Assembly: GCA_045615505.1 (NCBI GenBank)
Contig: JAZLEZ010000008.1
Span: 12,507-76,506 of the forward strand
Origin: Sphaerochaetaceae bacterium
GTDB taxonomy: Bacteria > Spirochaetota > Spirochaetia > Sphaerochaetales > Sphaerochaetaceae
Reading direction: 5' to 3'
Length of the DNA: 64,000 nt
The position numbers and the translations under genes are program-made. Numbering within the stretch: the first letter of the stretch is position 1; each line of letters starts with the position of its first letter. The notes below the pieces were generated by a model. The model was not told where the DNA came from. It did no database searches and was given only the letters and a program-made list of their open reading frames with translations. Shown in pieces: positions 18,073 to 28,596 of the stretch.

Positions 18073-18557
18073 TTGGCGCCTCCCTGTGCTTTGAGTTCCT
18101 CAATGATTTTAGGAACAGCGTTAACTGCAACTTTTGGATAAACCTTTCCGTTTACAGATACTGCCGGTGCAATACCACAAGCACCAAGACATCTGAGAGC
18201 ATCAAGAGTAAACAATCCGTCAGGAGTTGTCTCTCCGGGTTTGATACCCAGAATCTCAGAGAACTTATCGATAACCTGTTGAGCACCCTTTACATAACAG
18301 GCCGTACCCAGGCAGCAACCGATGACATACTTTCCCTTTGGATTGAGTGAGAAGAATGAATAGAAAGTTACGACACCGTAAATTTCCGCTACGCTTATTC
18401 CGGTGTTCTTGGAAACAAGTTCCTGAACCTCCAACGGAATATAGCCGTATTCTCTCTGGATGTCACTCAGAATCATCATCAAAGGAGTATTCTCATTAAC
18501 GTATCTTTTGCAGATTTCGTTAATTTTAGCTACTGCTACTTCGCTTAAATGAGCCAT
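18069..18557 (-). CDS. hydC: Hydrogenase 2Fe-2S subunit, NuoE-like (HydC/HndA)
   Basis: ORF 18069..18641. I moved the start to the ATG at 18557 (MAHLSEV), which has a GGAGGT RBS. Contains 'CLGTACYVKG ... CLGACGIAP'. The stop overlaps the hydB ATG. Confidence 0.85.
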   Translation of the reverse strand: MAHLSEVAVAKINEICKRYVNENTPLMMILSDIQREYGYIPLEVQELVSKNTGISVAEIYGVVTFYSFFSLNPKGKYVIGCCLGTACYVKGAQQVIDKFSEILGIKPGETTPDGLFTLDALRCLGACGIAPAVSVNGKVYPKVAVNAVPKIIEELKAQGGAK

Positions 18558-18719
18558 TAATAACCTCCAAATATAGTTTTCAAATAACAGTATTTTTATC
18601 ATACTTTCAATATCGATAAAACGCAACCTCAATACCTTCAAAATCCGCGATTAAGTGTACATAAACACATAAATTATCGTTTCTGTAACGAAAAATGGAA
18701 TTATATGGCGGAGGAATAT

Positions 18720-19682
18720 ATGAAAACCAAACCTGTTTTAATGATAATCCTGCTTCTAAACCTGATGTTGTCAGTATCCTGCGATTTTCCTTTTTCCGAT
18801 TCCGGGAAAAAAAACGGGCAAGACAGAACATTTACAGTTGTAACATGGAATGTTCAGAACATCTTCAATGCTGTCGATGACGGAAATGAATATGAAGAAT
18901 ACCGTACGGAATCCGGTTGGAATGAACGCAATTACAAGGCAAGGCTGGACAATCTTGCTACTGTATTTTCATATTTTGAGGCAGATACCGTCGTACTAAA
19001 CGAAATTGAAAACTCTTCCGTAGTTCAAGACATCATAACAAAACTGAACGATTATCCTTACTGCTGTACGGCCGCAGAACCGCACGGTGCCATTAACACG
19101 GCTGTTATCAGCAAATATCCTATAGTCAGTTCATCTGTCCATTCCGTAACAGGAACACGCCCGATTCTTCAGGCAGACATTGAAACACCCAACGGACCTG
19201 TCAGGATTTTTGCAGTACATGGAAAGTCCAAAAGAGATTCGGAAGCATCTTCACGCCAAAAAAGATTGTCTATGGGACAGACTCTTGCAATGGTTTCCGA
19301 GCATAATGATGAATGTATGGTTATATTGGCAGGGGATTTCAATGAGGACATAGACGAGAACAACATCTTCTGTGATATAAGATTCGGAATTTCAGATGCT
19401 CCGATTAAGATAAGCTCTTCCTACGGTTCATCCTTTTGGTATGAACCTTTTGCAGATCCGGAAATGGACTTCAAATGTGACGGAACTTATTATTACAACA
19501 GTACATGGTCACACTATGACCACATAATCTGTTCTTTTTCTCCGAATTGGTCAATCAATGATGCAGAAATAATCTACAGGGGTATTCTGCTCACATCTGA
19601 CGGTAAACCCAACAGCTTCAGCAGAACATTATTGACCGGAGTATCCGATCACTTGCCTGTTTTACTGCGTTTTGATTATTGA
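18720..19682 (+). CDS. Endonuclease/exonuclease/phosphatase (EEP) family lipoprotein
   Basis: The ATG at 18720, after GGAGGA, gives MKTKPVLMIILLLNLMLSVSC (lipobox). EEP motifs: 'VVTWNVQN', 'VLNEIEN', 'LAGDFNE', 'SDHLPV'. Confidence 0.7.
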   Translation: MKTKPVLMIILLLNLMLSVSCDFPFSDSGKKNGQDRTFTVVTWNVQNIFNAVDDGNEYEEYRTESGWNERNYKARLDNLATVFSYFEADTVVLNEIENSSVVQDIITKLNDYPYCCTAAEPHGAINTAVISKYPIVSSSVHSVTGTRPILQADIETPNGPVRIFAVHGKSKRDSEASSRQKRLSMGQTLAMVSEHNDECMVILAGDFNEDIDENNIFCDIRFGISDAPIKISSSYGSSFWYEPFADPEMDFKCDGTYYYNSTWSHYDHIICSFSPNWSINDAEIIYRGILLTSDGKPNSFSRTLLTGVSDHLPVLLRFDY

Positions 19683-19701
19683 AAGTTGCTCCTCTATTAC
19701 A

Positions 19702-20322
19702 TCAATTCTTGCCGTGGATATGACGCATTTCCTCATAGAATTCCGTTACTTTGTTTATGCATTTTCCGCATCCTGTTCCGAAACCAGTAAGTTCTTTGAG
19801 CTGTTCAATAGTCGTAGCTTTATCGGAAACAACAAGCTCCTCAATCATCTGATCCGTAATACCCTTACACTCGCAAAGAATCTTTGCAACAGAAGACTTG
19901 TACGGATTGGGGAGGTTCCGCTCTGCCAGATAATTGTCAATAGCTGCACGCAAAGCCTTGTCTCCGAGAACCGAACAGTGAAATTTATGTTCAGGAAGTC
20001 CTCCGAGAGCCTTTGTGATTAAGTCCGGTGTTATATTGTAAGCATCCTTGAGAGACATTCCTTTTACCAATTCGCTCATCATGGAAGTTGAAGCTATTGC
20101 ACTGGCACAACCGTATGTAAGCCATCTGATATCTGCAATCCTGTCATCTTTCACAATGATTCCTACTCTCATCTGATCTCCGCATGCAAGAGAACCAACT
20201 TCACCATAAGCATCAGGTTCCCAGTTTTCATCCTTGTTCCAGATATTCCGCGGATTCATGAAATGTTCCTTAACTGTATCAGTATATACCCAATCTGCCA
20301 TAAAACTATTACTCATAACCAT
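19702..20322 (-). CDS. nifU: NifU-like Fe-S scaffold (IscU-like domain plus BFD-like 2Fe-2S domain)
   Basis: Contains 'GSLACGDQMRV', 'YGCASAIASTS', 'HCSVLGDKALRAAI', then 'CECKGIT...GTGCGKC'. The start is uncertain (ATGs at 20322, 20316 and 20301). Confidence 0.85.
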   Translation of the reverse strand: MVMSNSFMADWVYTDTVKEHFMNPRNIWNKDENWEPDAYGEVGSLACGDQMRVGIIVKDDRIADIRWLTYGCASAIASTSMMSELVKGMSLKDAYNITPDLITKALGGLPEHKFHCSVLGDKALRAAIDNYLAERNLPNPYKSSVAKILCECKGITDQMIEELVVSDKATTIEQLKELTGFGTGCGKCINKVTEFYEEMRHIHGKN

Positions 20323-20326
20323 AACC

Positions 20327-21484
20327 TCAACGCGTGGAAATTGCCCTTAACCTCCTGATGATAGGAGGAAGTACTTCCAAAACATATTTTACATCATCCA
20401 TCGAATTATAACGACCGAATGAAAAACGGATTGAACCATGGGCAAGCTCAACATCAACACCGGTTGCAAGAAGAACATAACTCGGTTCAAGAGAACCTGT
20501 AGCACAGGCAGAACCGGTTGAAACCGCAATCCCGCTCATGTCAAGCATAAGAAGAATTGACTCCCCTTCAACATTCTCAAACGATACATCCAAAGTTCCG
20601 GGAAGACAATGCTCCTGACAACCGTTTATATGAACATGATCAATGGATTTTTCAATTCCTGTTCTCAGAGCCTCACGCATCTGCCAGAGCTTATCATATT
20701 CCTGTCCAACTGTTTTTTCTGCAAGTTCTGCAGCAATTCCGAGACCGTATATTGCAGCAGTGTTGTAAGTTCCCGCGCGTCTGCCGTGCTCCTGTTCGCC
20801 ACCATGAACAAAAGCTTCAAACGGACATCCGGATCCGGCATAAAGAACACCCACACCTTTGGGACCGTAGAACTTATGTCCGCTGCATGATAGATAATCA
20901 AGATTCCATTTTTTGCAAGATACTTCAATTTTGCCGATAGCCTGAGTTGCATCAGTATGCATCAAAGCCCCTGCTTTGTGTGCCATCTTGCTGATTGTTT
21001 CAATATCCTGAATGGTACCGGTTTCGTTATTTCCTGTCATAACAGAAACAAGAACAACATCTTCATCCAGAAGACCATCCAGCATTTTCAAATCCACCCG
21101 ACCTTCTCTGTCCACCCTGACTTGGTCTATTTCAACACCCTGACTTCTGAGATGCTTTACAGTTTCCATAATTGACGGATGTTCAATTGTTGTTGTTACT
21201 ATCCGCTTTCCTTTTCCCTGTTTGATAAGAGAATGTGCTATCTCAAAAACAGTATTATTGGACTCGGAAGCCCCGCTTGTAAAAGTAATCTCTTCAGGCT
21301 GACATTCAAGTAAGGACGCAACCTTGGTTCTGGCTTCGGCAACTAAAGCTGCTGCTCTTCTTCCGAAAGTATGCATACTGGATGCATTTCCGTAAACTCT
21401 TGCCTCTGCTTCGGCAACGCCTTTTATGACCTCTTCTGCCATCTGAGTCGTAGCATTGTTGTCAAGATAAACTATTCTGCTCAT
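20327..21484 (-). CDS. nifS: Cysteine desulfurase NifS (PLP-dependent)
   Basis: Contains 'SCSGHKFYGPKGVGVLY' (PLP Lys) and 'STGSACATG' (catalytic Cys loop). Confidence 0.9.
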   Translation of the reverse strand: MSRIVYLDNNATTQMAEEVIKGVAEAEARVYGNASSMHTFGRRAAALVAEARTKVASLLECQPEEITFTSGASESNNTVFEIAHSLIKQGKGKRIVTTTIEHPSIMETVKHLRSQGVEIDQVRVDREGRVDLKMLDGLLDEDVVLVSVMTGNNETGTIQDIETISKMAHKAGALMHTDATQAIGKIEVSCKKWNLDYLSCSGHKFYGPKGVGVLYAGSGCPFEAFVHGGEQEHGRRAGTYNTAAIYGLGIAAELAEKTVGQEYDKLWQMREALRTGIEKSIDHVHINGCQEHCLPGTLDVSFENVEGESILLMLDMSGIAVSTGSACATGSLEPSYVLLATGVDVELAHGSIRFSFGRYNSMDDVKYVLEVLPPIIRRLRAISTR

Positions 21485-22224
21485 TTCAGTTTTTCCATCT
21501 TCCTTTTCATATCCTCGTCAACGGGTTGAAGCACCCGCAAAGGAGATACGGCAATGATGTGCTTTTTTGCCGTAAGATCAAAGTCCGAACCCTCAGAATA
21601 TTTCAGAACACCTTCCGGATACGCAGAACCTTTGAAGTTGTATGTTCCTGCAGGACCCTCAGTCAAAATATGATCATAGTATTCAACATAGTCAACATCG
21701 CACAGCTCCCATTTCTGGTTTGAGCCTACGGGAACATTGATATTTATAAATGAACCGGGATTAATCAGAGATACAAAATCCTCAAGATGATCAACCATAA
21801 ACCTGACGGCATCTTCATAAGGGACGATTACACCCTCTCCGTCCTGAGCACTGAGAGCAATTGACGGAATATCCCTCAAAGTGCCTTCTGTGGCAGAACC
21901 TACAGTACCGGAATAGAGAAGGTCATAACCTATGTTGTATCCGTTGTTTACACCGGAAATGATTACATCAGGTTTTTTCAACGGGAAATTACCCAACAGA
22001 AAAAACATTACGCAGTCTGCAGGAGAACCCTGACACACATAATGGCGTTCGCAGACTTTTGTAAAACTTACAGAGGTTTTCAATGAAATGGAATGTGAAA
22101 AGCCGCTCCTCTGTTTTTCGGGAGCGCATACCCAAACCTCGTGACCAGCATTGCTCAAAGCATCATCAAGCAACTGAATTCCTTCAGCTCCGTAACCGTC
22201 GTCATTCGTAAGAAGAATTTGCAT
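21481..22224 (-). CDS. surE: 5'/3'-nucleotidase SurE
   Basis: N-terminus 'MQILLTNDDGYGAEGI', plus 'SGVNNGYN'. The stop overlaps the nifS ATG. Confidence 0.9.
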   Translation of the reverse strand: MQILLTNDDGYGAEGIQLLDDALSNAGHEVWVCAPEKQRSGFSHSISLKTSVSFTKVCERHYVCQGSPADCVMFFLLGNFPLKKPDVIISGVNNGYNIGYDLLYSGTVGSATEGTLRDIPSIALSAQDGEGVIVPYEDAVRFMVDHLEDFVSLINPGSFININVPVGSNQKWELCDVDYVEYYDHILTEGPAGTYNFKGSAYPEGVLKYSEGSDFDLTAKKHIIAVSPLRVLQPVDEDMKRKMEKLK

Positions 22225-22227
22225 ACC

Positions 22228-23403
22228 TTAATTTTGCAAAGCAGGACTGTTTAGGTCAATAAGTTTAAGAGTATTGGTATGAGCAAATTCAATTACGGAA
22301 CTGTCGAAACCGAAGATATGACCGTAGTCTTCCAGATATGAAGTAAAACTGCTGATTTCGGACTCCCTGATTATCATTGCAACAAGACCTCCGAGCCCGT
22401 TGAAAATCATACAGGACCCCAGACACGCAGAAAGACCTGAAGACCGTTTTATCAACCAGTCGATTTCCGGACAAGTAAGTTCCAGTTCGTCTTTAATGCT
22501 TTTCTCAATTCTGGAAAAAAGCTTCCCGAAAGATACAAAATCTCCGGTTTTGATTACTTTTTCCGCAGAAGAGGCTATACGGAATTCATTTATCAGATAC
22601 TGACAGTGTTTTCTATCTTCTTCATTGATACCGTCCGTTTCCTCTTTTATTTTCAACCCGTTGAAATCACTCATACTTATTCTGTTGAAAAACATCCTGT
22701 ATTTCTCGGCAGCCTGCTTCAGAGATTCTTTCGTATAGGCAAGCTCTTCCTTCATAGCCGAAGATGCAATGTTTCCGTCAACAAGAAGGAGCTTGTATTC
22801 AGATTTTTTGAAAGGATTGGGAAGAAGTGAAAAAGTCTGTCCTTCCAAATTAACCAAAACAAACTTGTCTTTTTCTGCTTGAATAATTGTTTTGATATCA
22901 AGAACCGGCGGTAATTCCGAACAGAATGATGTAAATACTTTGCAACAGGCCGCTGTCATTTCTTCTTTGCTCATTTTAAGTTTGAACAAATTGTTCAGCC
23001 CGAAAATCAAACCGGCTGTAAGTGCAGAATCCACGGAAACACTGTCGCACTCCAGAAGATTGCCGTCCATGGTAATGGTCAGTCCGCAGAAACTTGTCAA
23101 AGCACCGTTTATTCCGGCTACAGCACCTTTGATATAATTGAACCATTTTTCTTCTTTTTTGTATTTAGCCGAAGCTATCTGGTATTTTTTATGCTCCCCC
23201 GAAACACAGTTTGAAGCCACTACCTGCCCATCCGATCTGAGGGAAATTGCAATGTATAATGTCCTTTCACCGCAAGAACAAAGAGAAACACCATTGTATA
23301 ATTCCGCAAAAGCCCCGAGGAATTTATTGACCGACGGAACAGATACAATCACCTGCGGTTTCAATCCGCCGGAATCAGTCTTATGAACCCTAATTAATTC
23401 CAT
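22228..23403 (-). CDS. Galactokinase-fold (GHMP) homologue with degenerate catalytic motifs
   Basis: ORF 22228..23412 starts on TTG; the only nearby ATG is at 23403 (MELIRV). It is colinear with my recollection of GalK, but the signature motifs are replaced: GEHxDY becomes 'GAFAELY', P.GAGLSSSA becomes 'LECDSVSVDSA', GGGFGG becomes 'FNGLGG'. Confidence 0.5.
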   Translation of the reverse strand: MELIRVHKTDSGGLKPQVIVSVPSVNKFLGAFAELYNGVSLCSCGERTLYIAISLRSDGQVVASNCVSGEHKKYQIASAKYKKEEKWFNYIKGAVAGINGALTSFCGLTITMDGNLLECDSVSVDSALTAGLIFGLNNLFKLKMSKEEMTAACCKVFTSFCSELPPVLDIKTIIQAEKDKFVLVNLEGQTFSLLPNPFKKSEYKLLLVDGNIASSAMKEELAYTKESLKQAAEKYRMFFNRISMSDFNGLKIKEETDGINEEDRKHCQYLINEFRIASSAEKVIKTGDFVSFGKLFSRIEKSIKDELELTCPEIDWLIKRSSGLSACLGSCMIFNGLGGLVAMIIRESEISSFTSYLEDYGHIFGFDSSVIEFAHTNTLKLIDLNSPALQN

Positions 23404-23439
23404 ACATAACAATTATAAAGTTCGGAATTTAATAAAGCA

Positions 23440-23468
23440 AATAAAAAAGGCCCCGTACAATCGGGACC
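23440..23468 (-). terminator. Rho-independent terminator after rpmE
   Basis: On the minus strand: GGTCCCG-ATTGTA-CGGGGCC followed by TTTTTTATTT. Confidence 0.6.
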
Positions 23469-23490
23469 TTCATTTCCTTTGAAAAAGAAA

Positions 23491-23700
23491 TTACTTGCTT
23501 GTTTCTCTTCCGTAACGCTTGTTGAAACGATCAACACGACCTGTTGAGTCAACAAGTTTCTGTGTTCCTGTAAAGAAAGGATGACAAGCAGAACAGATTT
23601 CTACCTGAAGATTCTTTGAAGTTGACTTTGTCTTAATGACATTTCCACAAGAACAGCGGATTTCCTGAAGCTCGTAATTCGGATGAATACCTTTTTTCAT
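23491..23700 (-). CDS. rpmE: 50S ribosomal protein L31 (Zn-binding type)
   Basis: 'MKKGIHPNY...CSCG...[10 protein letters not shown]'. Confidence 0.93.
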   Translation of the reverse strand: MKKGIHPNYELQEIRCSCGNVIKTKSTSKNLQVEICSACHPFFTGTQKLVDSTGRVDRFNKRYGRETSK

Positions 23701-23766
23701 CTTTTTCTCCGTTTCTGCCGGATTATGTTCGGCAGAGAATAAAATAATAAATGCGCCGTCTCCGTT

Positions 23767-25503
23767 TTAGACTACAGGAATGGTCCCCGTATTCATCGAA
23801 CGCAAGAACGCTTCATTATTCTTTGTTTTGCGCATTTTGTCAACCAACAATCGCGTAATATCGTAATCTTCCATGCCATTCAGGACCGTATTGCGTAAAA
23901 TCCATATTCTGTTTGCTTCTTCCTGCTCTAGCAGAAGGTCTTCTCTTCTGGTTCCGCTCTTCTTGACATTGATTGCCGGAAACAGCCTTCGCTCTGCCAT
24001 CATTCTGTCCAGAACGATTTCACTGTTTCCGGTACCCTTGAATTCTTCAAAAATCACTTCATCCATTCTTGAACCTGTCTCAATCAAAGCTGAGGCAATA
24101 ATTGTCAGAGAACCGCCGTTTTCAATGTTTCTTGCAGCACCGAAAAATCTTTTAGGTCTGTGAAGTGCATTGGAATCGACACCCCCGGACAGAATTTTTC
24201 CGGAAGCTGGAACCGTCTGGTTGTAAGCACGGGCCAAACGTGTAATTGAATCAAGGAGAATTACAACATCTTTTTTATGCTCGACAAGACGCTTTGCTTT
24301 TTCTATAACCATTTCCGCAACATTGACATGGCGATTTGCCTGCTCATCAAAAGTGGAAGCAATTACTTCTCCTTTGACATTCCTTCTCATATCCGTTACT
24401 TCTTCAGGTCTTTCGTCAACAAGCAGAACAATCAGATGAATCTCCGGATGGTTTGCAGTAATTGAATTCGCAATCTGCTGAAGCAGAATAGTTTTACCTG
24501 TTCTCGGAGGTGCAGTAATCAGAGCACGCTGACCTTTCCCGATAGGACAGAAAAGATTAATTACTCTCATCGAAACATCGTCATCAGTTCTTTCTGTTTC
24601 AAGATTGATTCTCGAATCCGGATAAAGCGGAATCAAAGAATCGAAAGGGGCTCTGGTTTTGGCTACTATCGGAGCATCTCCGTTGACAAATGCTATTCTG
24701 TTTATGGCAAAGAATCTTTCATTTTCCTTTGGATTTCTTATAATTCCTTCAATTGTATCTCCTGTCTTGAGATTCAGGAATTTAATAATACCGGCTGAAA
24801 CATATACATCTTCAGGTCCGGACAAATAGCTGTTGATTGATGAACGCAGAAAACCGTAACCTTCTGGCAGAACTTCCAATGTGCCTAAAGCATAAATCAC
24901 ACCGCCGCCGGCACTATGCGTTTTCAGAATTTCCGCAACGACTTCCTGTTTCTTGTACTCGGAAAAATCATCCTCGGTTTTTTCTGTCATTTCAGCAAGT
25001 TTCAGTTTGAGATTATGGACAGGCATCACCGAAAGGTCATTTACAAGCAGCCTGCCTTCAAGATGACCTTTATACTCTTCTTCCGGAATAGCAAGATCGT
25101 CCATTGTAAGAGGTTGTTTTTTCTGATTCGGATTATTCTTGCGATCCCTGCCTTTTCTCTGATTCAGGTTTTCGGTTTTTTCTTCCTCAACAGTCTTTTC
25201 CGCAACTTGCTCTTCCGCCTTGGGTTCAGATTCCTGTTGGGGTTTCGGTGCAGGCTCGGTTTTTTTATGGTGTCTGGTTTTCTTCTCTTCAACCAAAACC
25301 TGAGTATCCGGCTCTGAAACTGATTCAGGAGTTGCTTCTGTTCCTGTAACAATTTCTGTTACATTCTCAACCGGCAATTCTTTTTCAGATTGTTCTTTTG
25401 CAGAATTTTCTATCACATTTTTTTCTGCAACAACTTTGACTTTGCGCCTAAGCACAATTTTCTTTTTTACAGGCTTTTTTTCAGCCACATTTTCATTTTC
25501 CAT
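23767..25503 (-). CDS. rho: Transcription termination factor Rho with a ~150-aa charged N-terminal extension
   Basis: Contains 'GYGFLRS', Walker A 'APPRTGKT', 'LVDERPEEV' and '[11 protein letters not shown]'. The ORF-track start at 25521 is TTG; the ATG at 25503 (MENENV) is preferred. Confidence 0.93.
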   Translation of the reverse strand: MENENVAEKKPVKKKIVLRRKVKVVAEKNVIENSAKEQSEKELPVENVTEIVTGTEATPESVSEPDTQVLVEEKKTRHHKKTEPAPKPQQESEPKAEEQVAEKTVEEEKTENLNQRKGRDRKNNPNQKKQPLTMDDLAIPEEEYKGHLEGRLLVNDLSVMPVHNLKLKLAEMTEKTEDDFSEYKKQEVVAEILKTHSAGGGVIYALGTLEVLPEGYGFLRSSINSYLSGPEDVYVSAGIIKFLNLKTGDTIEGIIRNPKENERFFAINRIAFVNGDAPIVAKTRAPFDSLIPLYPDSRINLETERTDDDVSMRVINLFCPIGKGQRALITAPPRTGKTILLQQIANSITANHPEIHLIVLLVDERPEEVTDMRRNVKGEVIASTFDEQANRHVNVAEMVIEKAKRLVEHKKDVVILLDSITRLARAYNQTVPASGKILSGGVDSNALHRPKRFFGAARNIENGGSLTIIASALIETGSRMDEVIFEEFKGTGNSEIVLDRMMAERRLFPAINVKKSGTRREDLLLEQEEANRIWILRNTVLNGMEDYDITRLLVDKMRKTKNNEAFLRSMNTGTIPVV

Positions 25504-25585
25504 CAATACCCCGGAACACAATAAGAATGTGTTGGATTAAAAATCAAGAATTACTAGGAAAAACACCGATGAATATCGGACAAAA

Positions 25586-26860
25586 TCAAATATATAACCA
25601 GTGGCTTATGATGTCAATAATCTTGCAGCCTTCAAGATACAATCTGGTCAGAATCAAAGATGCAACAAGAAATCGTCTTCGTGCCGCTTCACGACTGTGC
25701 CAGAATGTTTTAATCATAACAGCCTGAGCGTTTTTGTTTTTTGATGCAAAACCGATACAGACTGTTCCCAAACCCTTGCCGTTTTCTTCTCCGGAAGGAC
25801 CGGCTATTCCTGTTATTGAAACTGCAACATCCGTTCCGGATAATTTCTGCATTCCAGAAGCCATCTGAAGTGCACATTCTTCAGTAACCGTTCCGTTTGT
25901 TTCAATCTCTTTTTCATCTACTTTCAGGATGCGGATTTTAGCCTCTCTACTGTAAGAAGCCACTCCTCCCCAGAACCAGTCGGAAGCCCCGGCTTTATCT
26001 GTCAGAGTCTTTGAAAGAAAACCGCTTGTAGCACTTTCCGCACAGCTTATGGTAAGATTGTTTTGAGCAAGGTAATCCGTAAGAAGTTCAACAGCTTCAA
26101 CATTACCGTCTTCTATCAGACCCTCTCCTGTAATTTTTCTCAATCTTGCTATGAAAGCCTGTCTCTCACCTTCGTCATTTCCGTTAATATACAAACTGAT
26201 TCTGAAAGTCTGGAATCTTGTACCCCATTCAATTCTGCCCCTTAAATTCAGTTCGTCGGCAACCTGACTGCACAACTCTTCAAGTTTTGCTTCGGCAATA
26301 AGGAATACAGAATACTCATCTCTTTCCTTTGCGTGATGATAACCTATTAGGTCTGAAAGCATGGGCTGAACATAATTGAAAAACATAGGCTGCATCTCTG
26401 CTGGTGGACCCGGCATTGCAGCAATAAAAACAGTTCTTCCGTCCTTCAGAATACTGCCCTTGAACCCGGGAGCTGTTCCCTTGGGATTCGGAATAATATC
26501 AAAACCATGGGGAATCATAGTTTGCTGTTCATTTGCACCATATATTCTTTCGCCGACTCTTGCATATAGGGTATCCCATGCTTCCTTGTTTTTTTCAAGT
26601 TTCATTCCTGCAAGGGAAGCTATGATTTTTCTTGTCATGTCATCACTTGTAGGTCCCAAACCTCCGGTAATCAAAAGAACATCACTGTCCGTGACTCCGA
26701 GAGCAAGACTCTTTTCAATTGTTCCGTCATCCGGAACAAGTACGGAGCGTTTTACGGTATAACCGAGTTTTGTTAATTCTGCTGTCAGAAGCGGAGTATG
26801 TTTATCTGTAATAATTCCTCGAGTCAACTCCGTTCCGATGATATAAAGTGAAACATTCAT
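25586..26860 (-). CDS. cinA: CinA-family protein (MoCF-like domain plus nicotinamide-nucleotide amidohydrolase PncC domain)
   Basis: 'IIGTELTRGIITDKH', 'ITGGLGPTSDD', and C-terminal 'SCAESATSGFLS'. Confidence 0.88.
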   Translation of the reverse strand: MNVSLYIIGTELTRGIITDKHTPLLTAELTKLGYTVKRSVLVPDDGTIEKSLALGVTDSDVLLITGGLGPTSDDMTRKIIASLAGMKLEKNKEAWDTLYARVGERIYGANEQQTMIPHGFDIIPNPKGTAPGFKGSILKDGRTVFIAAMPGPPAEMQPMFFNYVQPMLSDLIGYHHAKERDEYSVFLIAEAKLEELCSQVADELNLRGRIEWGTRFQTFRISLYINGNDEGERQAFIARLRKITGEGLIEDGNVEAVELLTDYLAQNNLTISCAESATSGFLSKTLTDKAGASDWFWGGVASYSREAKIRILKVDEKEIETNGTVTEECALQMASGMQKLSGTDVAVSITGIAGPSGEENGKGLGTVCIGFASKNKNAQAVMIKTFWHSREAARRRFLVASLILTRLYLEGCKIIDIISHWLYI

Positions 26861-28596
26861 TCTTTTTTCCTTATTTTTTCCCTGATTTTTAGAACAATTC
26901 CCAAAGCAAGCAAAGCATACGAAGAAAAGACAAAACCTTTCGCAATCAAGTCTGCATAGCGGGTATAAAGAGTCATATCATGAGAAGATCCGGAATAAAC
27001 AGGCACTTCCCAGATTTTCCATCCCGCTTTGAAAGGTTCCATTTCATCTGTAATAGTCCCGTCCGGAAGAATCAGACAAGTGATTCCGCTGTTAGTACTG
27101 CGAAGCATGGTTTTACGGTTTTCAATACTTCTGAAGACTGCCATATAAGCATGCTGCTTTTCTGAAACAACAGAACCCGACCACGAATCATTAGTCATGT
27201 TTATAAACAGATCCGCACCCTCATTCGCAAAACCGGCACATAGATAACCGAAAATATCCTCAAAGCAGATCGGAGTAGAAAAAGAAATTCCGTTGGAAGT
27301 ATGGAAAACTTTGGACTCGGTTCCCTTCTCCCACCAGTTATAGTCATTTGCGAGAAGAAGATTGTACAGCCAAGGCATTTGTTTTTCATAAGGAAAATGT
27401 TCCGTAAACGGAACAAGATGCTGTTTAAGATAGGAATCCATAATAGAACCTTCATCAAAAAGAATTACCGAGTTATAGTCCAGTTTGTTCCACTCGCCGT
27501 TTTCATCATACGGAGGAAGTGAAGCATCTTTTATGACACCGCTCGGATTTCCTGTCAGAAGAGGAATTCCCAATGTATTTCCGAAATTCACAAAATCATT
27601 TACCAGAACTTGAGTGGATCTCAGATAATCATACTGCGAACCTTTTTCATTACCGGTATAAGGATATGATGTGTACCACGAAACAGAAGGAACAAATGCA
27701 GTTTCAGACCATACAATCAAATCCGGATTCTCCTGTTTAGCCTCAAGACTCATTTTTCTGAGACTGTTGAAATTTTTCCTGTATGTATTGTAACCGCCCT
27801 TCCATGAATCTGCATTATGCTGAACCGTTGCTACCCTGAAAGAAGTGTCAGGCTCCGTTTTATGCCAATGAGTATATGCAGTCACTCCGTAAATAATCTG
27901 GAATACTACAAAAATCGCCCATAATCCCAGAATAACTCTGTTGTTCCTTATTTCATTCAAAATACCTTCAGATTTTTTGCCCCTTGTCTTGCTGAATCTG
28001 TCACAAAGCCAACTTCCTAAAAATGCTTGGGGAAGTACAATAATGAAGTTCAATAACCAGATACCGGAGAAATCTGCAATCTGAATAAGAATTTTGTATC
28101 TGTACAATGCATAGGCAATTGTACCGTACGGATAACCTGCAAACCAAGACTGTGCAAGGTAAGTATAGGCAACCCAAATACAAGCCTGAACGGCATAGGA
28201 AACTCTTCGTGAAAACATACTGTCCGCAGCTTTCAAACATACAAACAGTGCAATCATTTCAGTTCCCTTTATTACCTGAACAAGTACATTTGCCAACGGA
28301 TGGAAAGCAGCCAGCCAGTAATTGAAAATCCAGTAGTACATATAGCCGAAGAAAAAGCCATAGAACCACACCGTTTTATATGTTGAGTTTCTGATTACCG
28401 AGAAAAGAGGTATCAGCGCAAAAAAAGCAAAGATACCCCACCCGCATTCGCTGATAAAGCTGGGAAACGAAAGAGACAGGAAGAAAGCAGACAATAATAA
28501 CAGAACAACCTCAGAGCCTATAGCTTTGAGGTTGCGTCTATGCAGAACTTTTGTCTGCTGTTTATTGATATCTTCAAAAATAACTCTGAGTTTCAA
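26857..28596 (-). CDS. lnt: Apolipoprotein N-acyltransferase
   Basis: Multi-TM N-terminal half followed by a CN-hydrolase domain ('LIVWSETA', 'KQHLVPFTE', 'PICFEDIF'). The stop overlaps the cinA ATG. Confidence 0.85.
   Translation of the reverse strand: MKLRVIFEDINKQQTKVLHRRNLKAIGSEVVLLLLSAFFLSLSFPSFISECGWGIFAFFALIPLFSVIRNSTYKTVWFYGFFFGYMYYWIFNYWLAAFHPLANVLVQVIKGTEMIALFVCLKAADSMFSRRVSYAVQACIWVAYTYLAQSWFAGYPYGTIAYALYRYKILIQIADFSGIWLLNFIIVLPQAFLGSWLCDRFSKTRGKKSEGILNEIRNNRVILGLWAIFVVFQIIYGVTAYTHWHKTEPDTSFRVATVQHNADSWKGGYNTYRKNFNSLRKMSLEAKQENPDLIVWSETAFVPSVSWYTSYPYTGNEKGSQYDYLRSTQVLVNDFVNFGNTLGIPLLTGNPSGVIKDASLPPYDENGEWNKLDYNSVILFDEGSIMDSYLKQHLVPFTEHFPYEKQMPWLYNLLLANDYNWWEKGTESKVFHTSNGISFSTPICFEDIFGYLCAGFANEGADLFINMTNDSWSGSVVSEKQHAYMAVFRSIENRKTMLRSTNSGITCLILPDGTITDEMEPFKAGWKIWEVPVYSGSSHDMTLYTRYADLIAKGFVFSSYALLALGIVLKIREKIRKKE

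Noticed and set aside
18558-18719. The divergent hydC / EEP-lipoprotein spacer, examined for operators or promoter elements. It contains TACTTTCAA, which is reminiscent of the repeat 20-mer.
   Set aside because: Only a 9-nt match to the repeat family, and several weak -35/-10 combinations. Nothing can be supported by eye.
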